DNA of 63,484 nt, filler included, from Intoshia linei (Eukaryota; Animalia; Orthonectida): the NCBI GenBank assembly GCA_001642005.1. It is 7 parts of 7 records of this genome, joined end to end, with 100 filler letters (N's around TTAATTAATTAA, not from the genome) between each part and the next. Parts side by side here need not be neighbours in the genome. Positions count along the whole stretch, not along the records: positions 12,424 to 20,721 come from LWCA01001476.1; positions 20,822 to 42,671 come from LWCA01000625.1; 5 more parts are not named here. One strand, written 5' to 3'. Numbering within the stretch: the first letter of the stretch is position 1; each line of letters begins with the position of its first letter. The notes under the pieces are model-generated. The model saw only the letters and a list, made by a program, of their open reading frames with translations, was not told where the DNA came from and searched no databases. Made by a program: the position numbers and the translations under genes. Positions 13,329 through 26,000 of the stretch are shown one piece after another.

Positions 13329-14727
13329 TTACATTTCAACGATTTTTATAGAAGTATTTTTTATGTATTTATAATGCATCGTTGTTAAATAGCACATTGC
13401 CACCTAATAAATTTCATTAAATATTTTATTAATTTAAAAGCATACCTGAATAAGCAAAAAAATAATAAAAACTCCCCAAAGTAAAAATCGATATTTATAA
13501 ATATTATTCATCATTTCATCGATTAGGTTCTAATTTACTTTTATATTTTGTTTTATTTTAATTAAGTGTAAAATATAGTGCGGTACTACTACAAAGATAA
13601 ATAATAAACTACTAGGATAGATTTCAAACTCAAAAATTGGCACCTTCAAGGATAAACCAGAAAACTACCCTTTTTTGAAATGTTAAGAGTCCTAGAATTT
13701 TAAAAAACTTAATTCTTGGACAGTTTTTTTAAATCATAAGCACTATAATTTACTGTAGAATGTCTAATAATGTTTAATTTACCGAATCGTTTTTCCATTG
13801 ATCTATTGACTTGGGATGACAAGCTTGCATTGCAAATTTCAATTGATATTGCAAACGATGACGCAGATACGTTTTGTGTGCCCAAATAAGCGATACGTAT
13901 GCAATTTCAATAATCATGGTAAGGATTAATAGTACGATAAACTAAATAATACATTATTTTAATTATATGCTACTTTTTAACCATATGCATTTGTTACGTT
14001 ACAATGAAATTTTTTTCATAAAGTTAAATTTCATCGCGGACAATTATTATCGTGTCGTAGCACAATGATGGGAGGGACGAAGATGACCACTGTTATAGAC
14101 TAATAAATATAATGATAATTACCAAAATCCTCAAAGCTAAGAATCGAGAATTGAGCAATGCATAAGCAATTATGCTATCGACTATTATAAGAAATGTAAT
14201 TTTCCACAGCACAGCAGAAAATAAAGTCAGATGTGGATCCAAACTTTGACAAGTCATTATACCTGTATAACACTCTAAAAGAATTGCAAAAACCAATATA
14301 ATTATTCCAATTATCTAAATGTAAACTTTAAAATTTATAGAGCCAATACTCAAACAAAATTATAAATGTGATTGTTTTTACTTAAGATGGATGGGAAATA
14401 TTTTCGCTGGGACCCTGAGATAGTATTCAAATAAAATAATACTACTGTATTCTAAATCGGTTTAATTTTGCATTGATGGTTTAGTATTAACGTGTAAATA
14501 ATTTCACCATAATATGTCGAATATGTGAGTTTCACAGTGTGAGTACATGTATTTGTTTTGTATGGAATACGATTTAAATTTTTTTGAAATGTTTGAAAAT
14601 AACAGATTAAGCTTACAATTGGAAATATCGGTAGCACTATTTCGGCACATTGATGTATTTTGCATAATGGAGGATTTTTTTGTCGATATTGATCCCAAAT
14701 TTTATTATTTATATTTCTATAAACCAT
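13329..14727 (-). CDS. Divergent tetraspanin-like 4-TM protein, 5 exons (14727-14617, 14314-14123, 13941-13783, 13529-13446, 13403-13329), ~206 aa
   Basis: All phase-0 GT-AG joins keep an open frame. TM1 PIFPI|IIGIIILVFAIL, TM2-TM3 ..RFLALRIL|FIVLLILTMIIEIAYV (TM3 Glu), TM4 LWGVFIIFLLIQ|VAMC (TM4 Gln). No CCG motif. Confidence 0.7.
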
Positions 14728-15754
14728 ATTTATAGTTTAGATTTGATTGCAGGTGTGTATTGTGAATAGTAAAATGTTGAGTGATTACTATAAAATTTAA
14801 AACATTACGTTTAATTTGCGCAGATGAATAATACATGGTATGGTCACTAAATGTTTTGTTTCATCTCAATAGGGGGTTAGTGTCTTATTTACATTAGAAC
14901 AGTAGTATCTTGTTCAAATTTTGTAAAAAAGTAAACAATCAAAAAGTAAAATTAAAAGTAATGGTACTATTTAAATTAATGTCATTTTATTTGTGGGATC
15001 TGGATACTTTTTTTTATTTTAAAATTTATAGCTAAATGTACATTGTATTTAGTTTTATGAAACAAATAAGATTTGATATAGCTACAGATATACATGTATG
15101 TAGTTATCAATTTTTACAATCTATAAAATTAATATTTTTAAATTAAATTCAATCATAAAAGCTAAAAATAATCAAATATGTCTAACTACCTGTCTATTTA
15201 TATTATTGGTTTCATTTATTTTTAACGCAAGTAAAATTTTCACATCGTGTATTTGAAAGTTTTAACATGAAAAAACTCATGTACCACAGCCTGTCTGAAC
15301 TAACATTTAGTTCAAAAAAATTACTCATCCAAAATTTCAACATTTTCTGATTTGGCACACTTTCGGGAGTATTTTTCAAAAAAAATTAAAAAAATTCTTA
15401 GTAGCGTTTTTGAGTAAGGTCAAAAATGTATATTTTTCTACAAAAATTTACATAGATGGAGATTTCAATATCTTAAAACTTTTGAATTCAAATTTTTTTA
15501 ATTTTGAAAGACTTTAAACATTTTGTAAAATTTTTTTGAAATGGCATATATGTATTATATAATATATAATAATATATATATAATCTCAGTATCAGTGAAT
15601 ATTGAGCAAAAAATTTATTAACATTTCAACTTAAAAAAACTTATAGTTAGTAGAAGAAAATTACATGTATTAGATATGCTTGCTATCATAGTCTTGTACT
15701 GATTTTAGGAGCTGCTGACCATATGTATCCACATTAACTTGAGAAACTGAGTAT

Positions 15755-16040
15755 TTATTCCACGTTTATTCCAGCAATTTCCCAAGTTAAATAAAGTTCT
15801 TTCAAATTCCCAATAGTTCTCATTTTTTCACAAGAACCTAAAAATAAATTTTCTTTTGAAATATCACACCAAGTACGAGGGTGATTGGAACCATGACCCA
15901 TTAAACCTGCTAAAATATTTGCCAATTTCAAATCGGTAGCAATTGTGTAAGGCAATGAAAGTGTTTCAATGTTTAATTTTCTCTAAACTTTTATCACATT
16001 TTCGTAATTCTCAGGAATATCTGGAATTATTGCTAAAATT
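15755..16040 (-). mobile_element. DDE transposase fragment, Chapaev/Transib (RAG1-like) type
   Basis: PENYENV..*..PYTIATDLKLANILAGLMGHGSNHPRTWC has the D-x-K...GL...CxxC spacing (first C changed to R) of these transposases. In-frame stops. Confidence 0.6.
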
Positions 16041-18726
16041 AAATTTAGTAATCTAATAAGTTAAAATAAATTTTTATACCATGTACAATTAAAATGTCAT
16101 GTCTAATTTAATTTTTTAAGCAAGCAATTCGTTCATAATCAATATTTATACTATTCCTACTTGAATGTATTTAAACAAAAAACGTCAAAGGGTTAAAAAT
16201 TCCACATTTCTATAACAGTTTTCCGAGATGAAAGAAAGATAAATGTTCACACACAATTATCAATTACAAAACCACAATTATCCTTTTTTTTAAAGCAAAC
16301 GAGTCCTAATATTTAAAAAAATATACACTTTCATACAAATTTTAAAACCACGTACATTATCAGAAATTTAAATTTCAAAAAATTTTATCAAGGCGAAAAC
16401 CACAAATTACCCTTTTTTTAAAAAATGTAGAAAATAGTCCCAAAATTTTAAAAACATTAAAGTTTATACAGTTTTAGATGTTACACACAAAAAGTTTTGA
16501 TCTCACAAAGTGAAGTCTTCATGGTCAAAAAAGCATTTTTATAATCAATGGAAACAGAATTTAAAAAAATACTGCTTTTCCAGTTAAAATATATAAAAAG
16601 TTTCCATGTTAAGTTAAGCTTTCATATTAAAAAGAGCAAATTACTGTTAACCCCTTTTTTTTGGGAAATTATTTCATTAACATCAACAAAAAATTTGATG
16701 TAATTAATGGTCCTAGAATTTAAAAATAAAAAATTGCCTTCACGTTTGGGAATCATTATTTTAAAAGATTGTTTATAGTGAATAGTGGCATTTTTATGTA
16801 AGATTTTATTTTTTGGTGAACTAGAAGTCAAAGCAGAGTAGACAGAGATAGGTCCTGTTTGTACAAAACAGCCAAGCTAGATATTATTATAAATAACTAA
16901 TTTTAAAATTTTAGTTGGTAGAAAATTCAATCAAACAAAATAATTCAATTGATATTTATGAAGATTATTTTGATAACATTGAAAATGATACAGATCACGA
17001 AAGTCCTTATGCTAAAACTATCAATGTATTTAGGTATATTACAGATTAATATACATAATGTGTCGTAAAAACGAGTATCTAGTATTTTAAACTCGAGTAC
17101 GCGAAATATTGTATTGATATATAAATCAAGACGATTTTGTAATTATGATAAAATGTTAATGTTTGTTTATCGCAATCGCAAAAATTAAAATAAATGTGAC
17201 ACCCCAATGCAGTGGTTGTCAAATGGGGGGGGGGTGCAAAGTCTGAGGTCTTAAGATTTTAGAAAAATTTTTAAATTAAATTAGAATCGTTAAAATTCAT
17301 TTGATTTATGTTAGTATTTGATATTTAATTAATATATTTTTGAAATTTGGATTATAATAAATTTAAATGTATGTTAGGAAATCATTCTATTAGTAACGGG
17401 ACTTTCATAAAAAGTTTTGACACATCTGAGATCGCATGATAAAAATGTGGTGCATGTATGTAAAAGGTTGGCTACTCCTGTTATATAATTAAGAGTGGTA
17501 TCACAACAGTAATTCTAATTAACTGCTTATTTGTTTAGCTCAGTACTTCCCAAATGGTGCACCGGTAGCTGAATTTTATTTTTTTAAATATTGATTAATT
17601 ATTTTAAGCATCTATAATTTAAAATTATAAAAATGTCTAAAGTACATAAATTTTATAAACACACTAGTTGACTGTTATGTATTACGTACAAACAATATCT
17701 AGCTCTGTCGAGAGAATATTTTTATTCTACCAAAAAAATAAATTCAAGTTGAAAATCTAACTTAAAAATTCTACTATCCAATATACAATTAATTTAAATA
17801 TTTATTATTGTGACAATCCATATTATTAGATCCAAAACTTGAATAAATGTATAACATTCATGCTTTTCTGCTTAATTTGATTGTTGAAATTGCTATTCCA
17901 TTTCAAAATTTCAGGAAATGAGAAATATGTTTGATGAATTATATTAATCAGTTTGTATTGACCAATTATATTGATTATAACCCTTGAAATAATATTAAAC
18001 TCCGAAAAATAATAATTTGTTAGTTCTGAATGTAAAATTCCATAAACAAACATAATTGTAATCATCCGTAATTGTAAATGGTAATGGTAGAGTTGTAGAT
18101 TTACTACAATTAACAATGACATTACACGCTTAGAAAATTTATATAAAAAATGTTCTTAGCATATATTGTGGATATATATCGTAAAAGGAAACCTCAATGT
18201 TTCTTTCTTTTATACTTTTTATTTTTTGATTCAATTTTACCATTTCTTCTTGAATAGCTTTTATAAAGTAATCAAAAATGTACGAGTTCAGTTTTGATGC
18301 AATATATGATGTACATCCCAAAAAAAATACTACTCATTGTAGATATTTTAGTGTCGTAAAAGTCTTTGTTTCCAATTGCAAAAGAATTTAAAATTCCCGC
18401 ATCATATTCAATTTGTATAATGCATCCTGGCATTATTAATGTAGCACAAAATCACAGTAATCGTTAATATTAAAACTTTACCCATTTTTAAAATGTATAT
18501 AAAATAATAAATTGTGTATGTTAATATTTACTATTGCTATTTTACAAAATAGCACAAAGTTATTAATTAGACTTACATATAGTTATTTGTATTAAACATG
18601 TAGCGTCAAAACGATATAATGATAGACTAAAAAATTGTAGTAAATTATACTTGTAAAGATATTGAGTCAATTATTTCAAACAGTTCAAACAAATTTATTT
18701 ATAGTTGAAGTATAATTTAAGTTTCT

Positions 18727-20721
18727 TCAATTTTGTTTGACAATAGAATGGTGTTGCCTGATTGGTTTCCTAGGATTAAGTTTATTTACTGGTTCGGCTG
18801 TGATATTGGTAATATTATTACTACTCCCTTCCTTTGGAAAAGATATTTGATAGTCATCTAAATATTTGGAATATTTTAAGTTTTTACGTAGTCTGAAACG
18901 TGGTTGAGTTTTATTAACGATTTGGCTATTTATTTCAAAGTTTTTTACGAAGCTAGATTCCCTTTTTAGGGCTTTTTTATCATAATAATATTTCATCTTT
19001 TCATTATATTTGTTGTTGATCAATTTTTTTTTGTTAAATTTTGTTCATGCGCCATTAAGGTTGTATATGGGCAAGTGAATTTTTTTGTGAAATACGATCT
19101 CAGCTGGACTCATTTTGTTTTTTTCAGTAGGTGAGTTCGGGATACTGAGTAAAATCTTTGACAATTATTCGTCCCAGTCGTTGACTTCTGAATTACAATT
19201 TACTCTTATTTTGTCACGTATTGTGCGATTCATCTTTTCCACTGTGCCCACGCTGTTGTGATTGTATGGTGTACAATTAGTTTTTATGAAACCACATAAT
19301 TGAGATAAATTTTTCATGATATTTGATTTGAATTGAGCATTAACACAGCACCTACACCATAATCTGATGCATCGGTCTCTAAGCAAAAACTTTTGTTTGG
19401 ATCGGGTAGTGCTAAAACTGGAGCCGAAGTCAGTTGGCTTTTCAGATTGTCAAAAGCATTTTGACATTCAATGCTCCATTCAAATCTATTATTTTTTGTT
19501 TGTAAACGTCTTAAGGGTGCTGCTATGTTAGCGAAATTCTTAATAGACTGTCTATGATAATTGCATGCACCTAGGAATGATCGTACTGCTTTTACGGTCT
19601 TTGATATACTCATATTTGTTATTGCCTCTATCTTTTTTGGATCACAGTTTATTCCTGTTTCATTCCTATTTTGCATTTGTTGGGACTTATTGTCATTCCA
19701 TGTAGTTTAATTCTACTGAATACTTCCTTTAACGTTATAGCATGTTCTTTGTGATTTTTGCTGGCTATGATTATATCGTCAACATATGTGACATACATAC
19801 ATAAAATACACAGGGGTATCTGTGAAAACCTGTTTATATTTTACAACAATATTTTCTAATTCTATGTGTTGTGTTTTTGGGATATTTATATTGATTTGTT
19901 TATTCCTTGTTAAATAATTCTTACCTACAGAGTCACAACACCCTAAAAGATTTTTAGTGTTCCGAGATACAAAGAATTTTGATTTTTTAAGACTACCATT
20001 TATTTTCAAATATATTATTCCAAATATTTTAATTTTCAAATTTTGCACTGATTTTAATTCATTTAGAGAAGGTTTTATTTGATTGCTAACTTTTAAACTA
20101 TATACATGTTTAATATTTATGATATTTACTGGTGATCCAGTATCTAAAACAAAAGGTATTACTTTTGATTTTTCATCTGATGATATTTTAATGTTTTCTA
20201 TCGTCTCGTTCGTATTAGTTGTTTTAATTTGGTTGATTAAGTAAGTCTTATTTCTATTCCAGCAAATTTTCTCAAAATGATTTGGTTTTCCACAACGAGT
20301 ACACTTTTTACCGTAAGCAGGACATTTGTATTTTTTGTGATATTTATATTTACCACATCCTCTACATTTATAAGTGTTGTTATGAGGTGTATAGTTTTTA
20401 TAGTTCAGATTTTGATTTGAGCATTCAGCTTTGTTAAACATTTCTTTAATTTCTAATGCAGCAATGACCTGATCTATGTTATCTACCTCTTTTACGATTA
20501 ACTCTTCTCTTATTTTCTCATCTTTTAATCCATTAATCTATTAATTACCTGTAACAAGATTTGATTTGAGTTATACTGCAAATGGTTTCCTTCTAATGCC
20601 ATTCTGTTGTAAAATTGTTTTATTATTTCATTGCACTGTTGCTTCATTTGAGTAAATTTAATTTGTCTTTTCCATTTAGAGATACACAGCTTCATTACCG
20701 TGACACTATCGGAATTTGTAG
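18727..20721 (-). mobile_element. Decayed Ty3/gypsy LTR retrotransposon (gag-PR-RT-RH-IN remnants)
   Basis: Two CCHC knuckles (CRGCGKYKYH..C, CTRCGKPNHFEKIC), protease VLDTGS, RT YVDD (~19775), VRSFLGACNYHR, RNase H ETDASDYGVGAVL, integrase TPYNHNSVGTVEKMNRTIRD. Large internal deletions and frameshifts. No LTR identified. Confidence 0.93.
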
Positions 20722-22149
20722 NNNNNNNNNNNNNNNNNNNNNNNNNNNNNNNNNNNNNNNNNNNNTTAATTAATTAANNNNNNNNNNNNNNNNNNNNNNN
20801 NNNNNNNNNNNNNNNNNNNNNATGAAAGTTTTACAAATACAAATCAATTTAAAAATAAACATGAGCTTGTTAATTGAACTGAATTGGTAAATTCGTTGTT
20901 AGCAAAGTATGTATCAAACTCTTAATTGGCGTCTAAGACACATTCTTAGTCAAATACATTCTACGACTTGCCCGTGGAATGTGTACATTTATCAGTTGTA
21001 CACATTCTATGCAACATATATCTAAATGTTTATAATACAGTATTGTATAATATTGGAATTTACTCAAGATGATGTCTTTTCGATTGAATATATTACAGAT
21101 TCTTTTGACACGATCCATAATTTTCCATACAATATATTAAAACTTACTTAATAAGATTATAATTATCCTAAATTAATATTTAATAAAACCTTTTAATTTT
21201 ATGAAAATACTTATTGAATCGTATATATTTGATTAGTAAAAATATTAATTACTACATCTACATTGTACAATGTATCTGTATAATTATTGATTGATAAAAA
21301 TATTATTTATAAATATCAGAAGTACTTACAGAAAATTAGTTAAAAATATTAGAATTACATAATTTTTCAATTAGTGACATATTAAAAAGTCAAAAATTAC
21401 TTATCAATATATAAAACTATTTAAAACTTACAATGTAGCTAAGCTAAGATAATATTTTGATTTTAAGCATATTGATTTTGTGATATTTTATATTGTATAT
21501 TTTAGTAATCCTTGTAAATGACATAATTGATACCTTTGTCTCCCCATTTAAAAAGGAATCAAAAATGTGTAACAGTGATTATTAACCAATATTTATTAGT
21601 TAATTATTTTAGATATGATATCCAAAAATAACATTATTTTAAATATTTTTTTTTGTATCTTTTATCTAATTAACATATCTAACGTGTGAATCTACAAATC
21701 GAAGATAACATATAAAATGTAAGTGTAAATTTAGAAAAATCTTTTTTGCATGGATGCGAGAAGAAAATTTGATTTTCTTGAAATATCACCGTCCCTTAGA
21801 TGACCCTACCCCGTTTGATAATAACTAATTGTTCGAAAAAGTTGTATATTAATTTAGTTTTAAAAAGGCATAATTAATATTTTTTTAAGTGTACTTCAAA
21901 TAATTACATTTTCAATAAAATTTATTACAGAAAAAATCATAAAGTAGATGAAATACATTACATTTTATAGCTTTAAAGTCTACAAGTTACGATCATCGTA
22001 TTGCATTTGTTTAAATGTCACAAAACTGAAAAAATTTAGCTTGCGACCCAATCGCAATCAAATTTAATACAATATGTCTGATCTGTTTGTTACCGCCGAT
22101 GTATTCTTAAAAGTAAAATAAAAACATCACTTAACTTCAAATGGTTTTG

Positions 22150-22412
22150 TAACTATCCATTTTCAAATTTAACTTAAACTTCAGATTCATTTTTTAATTA
22201 AAAATTCCGAAATGATAAAGTAAAGCAAATTGTTTCAAATTATCGATTTTCAAATTTATTTTTTAATTAAAAATTCCGGAATGATAAAGTTAATAAAATT
22301 TTTTTGTATCTATTGATTTTCAAATTTATTTTTTAATTAAAAATTACATAATGATAAAGTTAATTCAAATTATTTTGTAACTATCGATTTTCAAATTTAA
22401 CTTAAACTTCAA
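22150..22412. repeat. Tandem repeat, ~62-bp unit, ~3 copies
   Basis: Repeated TTTTTAATTAAAAATTCCG.AATGATAAAGT...TATCGATTTTCAAATTTA. Confidence 0.75.
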
Positions 22413-23056
22413 TTTCATTATTTATTATTTTTTTTATATTATTGTTCTTATTTATTTTTTAATTTTATTAATTAAAACTGTTTAATAGTTTTTTTCACAT
22501 TTAATCCGCCAAATAAATTCAGTCTAACACTTCTGATTTAGAATGTACAGTATTCTCTCTATAACGCGCCATTCTTGAGATTTAGAAAAAGTTGGCGAGA
22601 TAGAGAATTTAAAATTTTAGAATTAACAATTACCTCTCCCCATGTTACTATTACAAAACTATTTGAATTAACTTTATCAGTATCCGAGAAATATAAATAA
22701 AACACATTTAAAGTAAATTTGTATTTAATTTTTTCATCTCAATAACTAAATGTACAATATGCGCAGTTTTGATTATAATGAAAATTTGAAAAATAATGAT
22801 TAATAATGGCAATGATTGTTTTGATCTGTAAATAAAAATATCTGAATTTTAAATTTAAGCCAAGGTATCTGCTAGAAATAACTTTTTTGATGTTGTGATT
22901 TCAAAACTATGACTCTTACATTCTTAACTAATATGTTAGACATGACATGTATGAAATTTCATTATAAAAGTTGCGATTATTATTTATTTATAATAAAATG
23001 ATATATATTAGATGATATAAAGGTGTCAATTAATTTTTATTTTTATAACATGTTAG

Positions 23057-26000
23057 TTATTGACTGTATGCGACATTTATTAAATAGCCAAGAGGCATGC
23101 TATGGCTGCAGAAAATTGGGATTATATTGGAATAATAACGATTGTACAGGTACTACAATTAATATAATTGATAAAATCCATAATTAGTTGTCGATTGCAC
23201 TGTAATTACAATAAACAGTAATAAATATATGTGTAATGCGTGTGAAGGGTATTACTATAACGGGATAAATTGTGTTGGTATGTTAATATATATTTAATTT
23301 ATTAATTTTAAATAAAAGGAAATGGACCTTCAAGCTGTGATGGTGTATCTGCAATAGTAAACTATTAATACTTTTATATTTTATTATATTCCTATGATTT
23401 ATATGTAATGTTATTATGTATTATGTGTATTATTGGAATGAACATATCATTTTATAGAACGAATCGTTATGCAACCAATGTTGGATGTTGACTGAAACTG
23501 GAAATGGTATTTTATTTAATAATCTAAATATAACTTATAGGCGATCAATGCGAAACAGCTGATAATAATTAGTGCCAAAAATGTAAACATAAATACATTG
23601 ACGATTCAAACAATTGCATCGGTATTAACTGTATTATCATTATTTAGTTTTTAGTATTTGAAAGGAATTTGACGATATCATCAAAAAGTATATGCGACCA
23701 ACTATTACAATCATATTGGGATGGGATAAATTGCACAGGTACAGAACACACTTTAATTTCATAATATATATGCGTGAATGTTAATGTTTATTAAAAAATA
23801 AAAATTTAAATATAGAATTGGCATCTGATGCCTGTACTAAAGCCGATTATCATACTTTTCTAACATCGATGGAAGAATGTAGTGCATGTTTAAATACTTA
23901 CTGGGATAATACAATAAATGGATTCTGTAAACGTAATTTTTTTATTATAATCCAATACCATTTAATTACATTAAATCAATTATAAATCAGCTTTGGATTG
24001 TACAAATATTCCTAATATTAACACTGAAAAAGTAAATTGTTTACGATGTGGTAATCTAAGAAAAAATAGATATTGGAATTCTGAAATCTGTCAAAGTAAT
24101 TATAAAATTAAAATTGTAAAGATATTGTTAGATATCAATTGTGAAAATTTGGATTTGTTAAATCATGATGAGTGCAATACGTGTTCTGAATCTTTCTATG
24201 ATGGAACGAACTGTGTCAGTAAGATTTTTTTTTGGTTTTTAATTATTTTTAAGAAATCGACTGTGAGAGACACCCTATGGATGTTTTAGAACGGTGTAGG
24301 GCATGTTCAAAGGAGTCAAATCCACTGGTTTGGTTAGTAAATAGGTCAAATTGTATAGGTAATTTACATTGTTACAGCTAAATGTCAAATGCTAAACTAA
24401 CCTATTTACATTTTTCAAACCAAAATATTTAACCAATACATTTTCAATCATGATATTAAATAGTACGACTATAATTTGGCGCTTTGCCAAATGCGTAAAG
24501 ATACTTATTTTGTTATCTTGATAAAATTTCATCTAACTTCCATGTAATATAGTTTATATAAATAATAGTTTATACAAAATATGTGTATAAATATTGAAAC
24601 TGTAAAACTTTTTAAAATTACCTTTCATCAACATTTTGAAAATTTGTAAATTTTTCTTTTTATTTTTGTAATTATATTTTAAATAATGACTTCATATATG
24701 TAATATTTTCATTTTGTTATGAATTTGTATTGATTTTTATTTTGTGTTTGTCAAAGTCTTAAACACCACGTTTTTAAGTATAGATTCTATAGATAACAAC
24801 ATACATGTAGTCAAAATACTATATAACATAGTCGCACTATTTTAAAATCATATTTTAAACATTAAGAACTTAATTTTGTTGTAATAGCCATCAATAATAT
24901 AATTAATGGCTATTTTGGATGCCTTTACATATAAAATTTGACATGTTCAATTTTACATGTATATAAAATTGAATGTCTGTGTGTGTTACCTTTAATTAAA
25001 AAACTAAAACACCTAGAATTAAAAAAACCCAATTTCTAATACATTTTTTTGAGTGCGATATTTTGTCAAAAATTTTATTTTCAGAAATTGAGTCATTCAG
25101 GGTCAAAAACCAAAATTAACATAGCTGCTATATATCAACTAAAAAAAATGTTGCGATTATTCAATTGAAATGAAATTTTTGATTCTTGGCATATGGGGTC
25201 ATATTGTATAAAAATTGAGAAAGCCGGATTAACCAGACCGCAGTTGAGTCGTTGCAACCATTGGCAGTTGGGAAACACTGAATGATATGATTGTATTTAA
25301 ATGATTATAAATATTACAGTATGCCCTGATGACTGCTCTTCATGTGGTACAATGGGATGTACGAACTGTATAAATAACACTTTTTGGAATGCAATAACAT
25401 GGAATTGTGAATCATGTCAAAATAATAATCTAGAAACGGAAATTAAATGCAATACTTGTATCGGTAGAGTATATGTTAACTTAGAATGCAAATGTACGAT
25501 TAATAGTAATATTTATTAATTTCTCATATTTGCAGATTGTCCTCAAAATTGTATTAAATGCATGACTGAATATAGCTGTGATGAATGTAGCGGTACAAAA
25601 ATTTGGTGGGATAATGCCTGTGTGGGTAATTTCATTAATATTACTAGTTATTGTAGGAGTGATTAATTTGTATGAGTTTCAATATCATCAATTTAATAAT
25701 TGTTACGGTATTATACTAAGCAGTGAAAATTGTATTAAAAAATGATATCACTTTTTATTGGGTTATTAAATTTTTTTGATCTTGACAATATATATATTTA
25801 TACCAACGGCATATAAATAGTTCTATAATGAACAATGTACATAATAAAAACTGAATACACTTATAAATGGTCATAACGCTTTCATCGATCAACTGGGCTA
25901 TGGCAACGTGTCGGTAACCTTGTTATATACAAGCAGAGTTGAACCTAGAAAGCTAGACGCCACCAAAAATGAAAAATAGTCTCCTAAAAAATTATTTAAC

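Noticed and set aside
20933-21118. 61-aa minus-strand ORF
   Set aside because: No motif, adjacent to a gap, cannot be supported.
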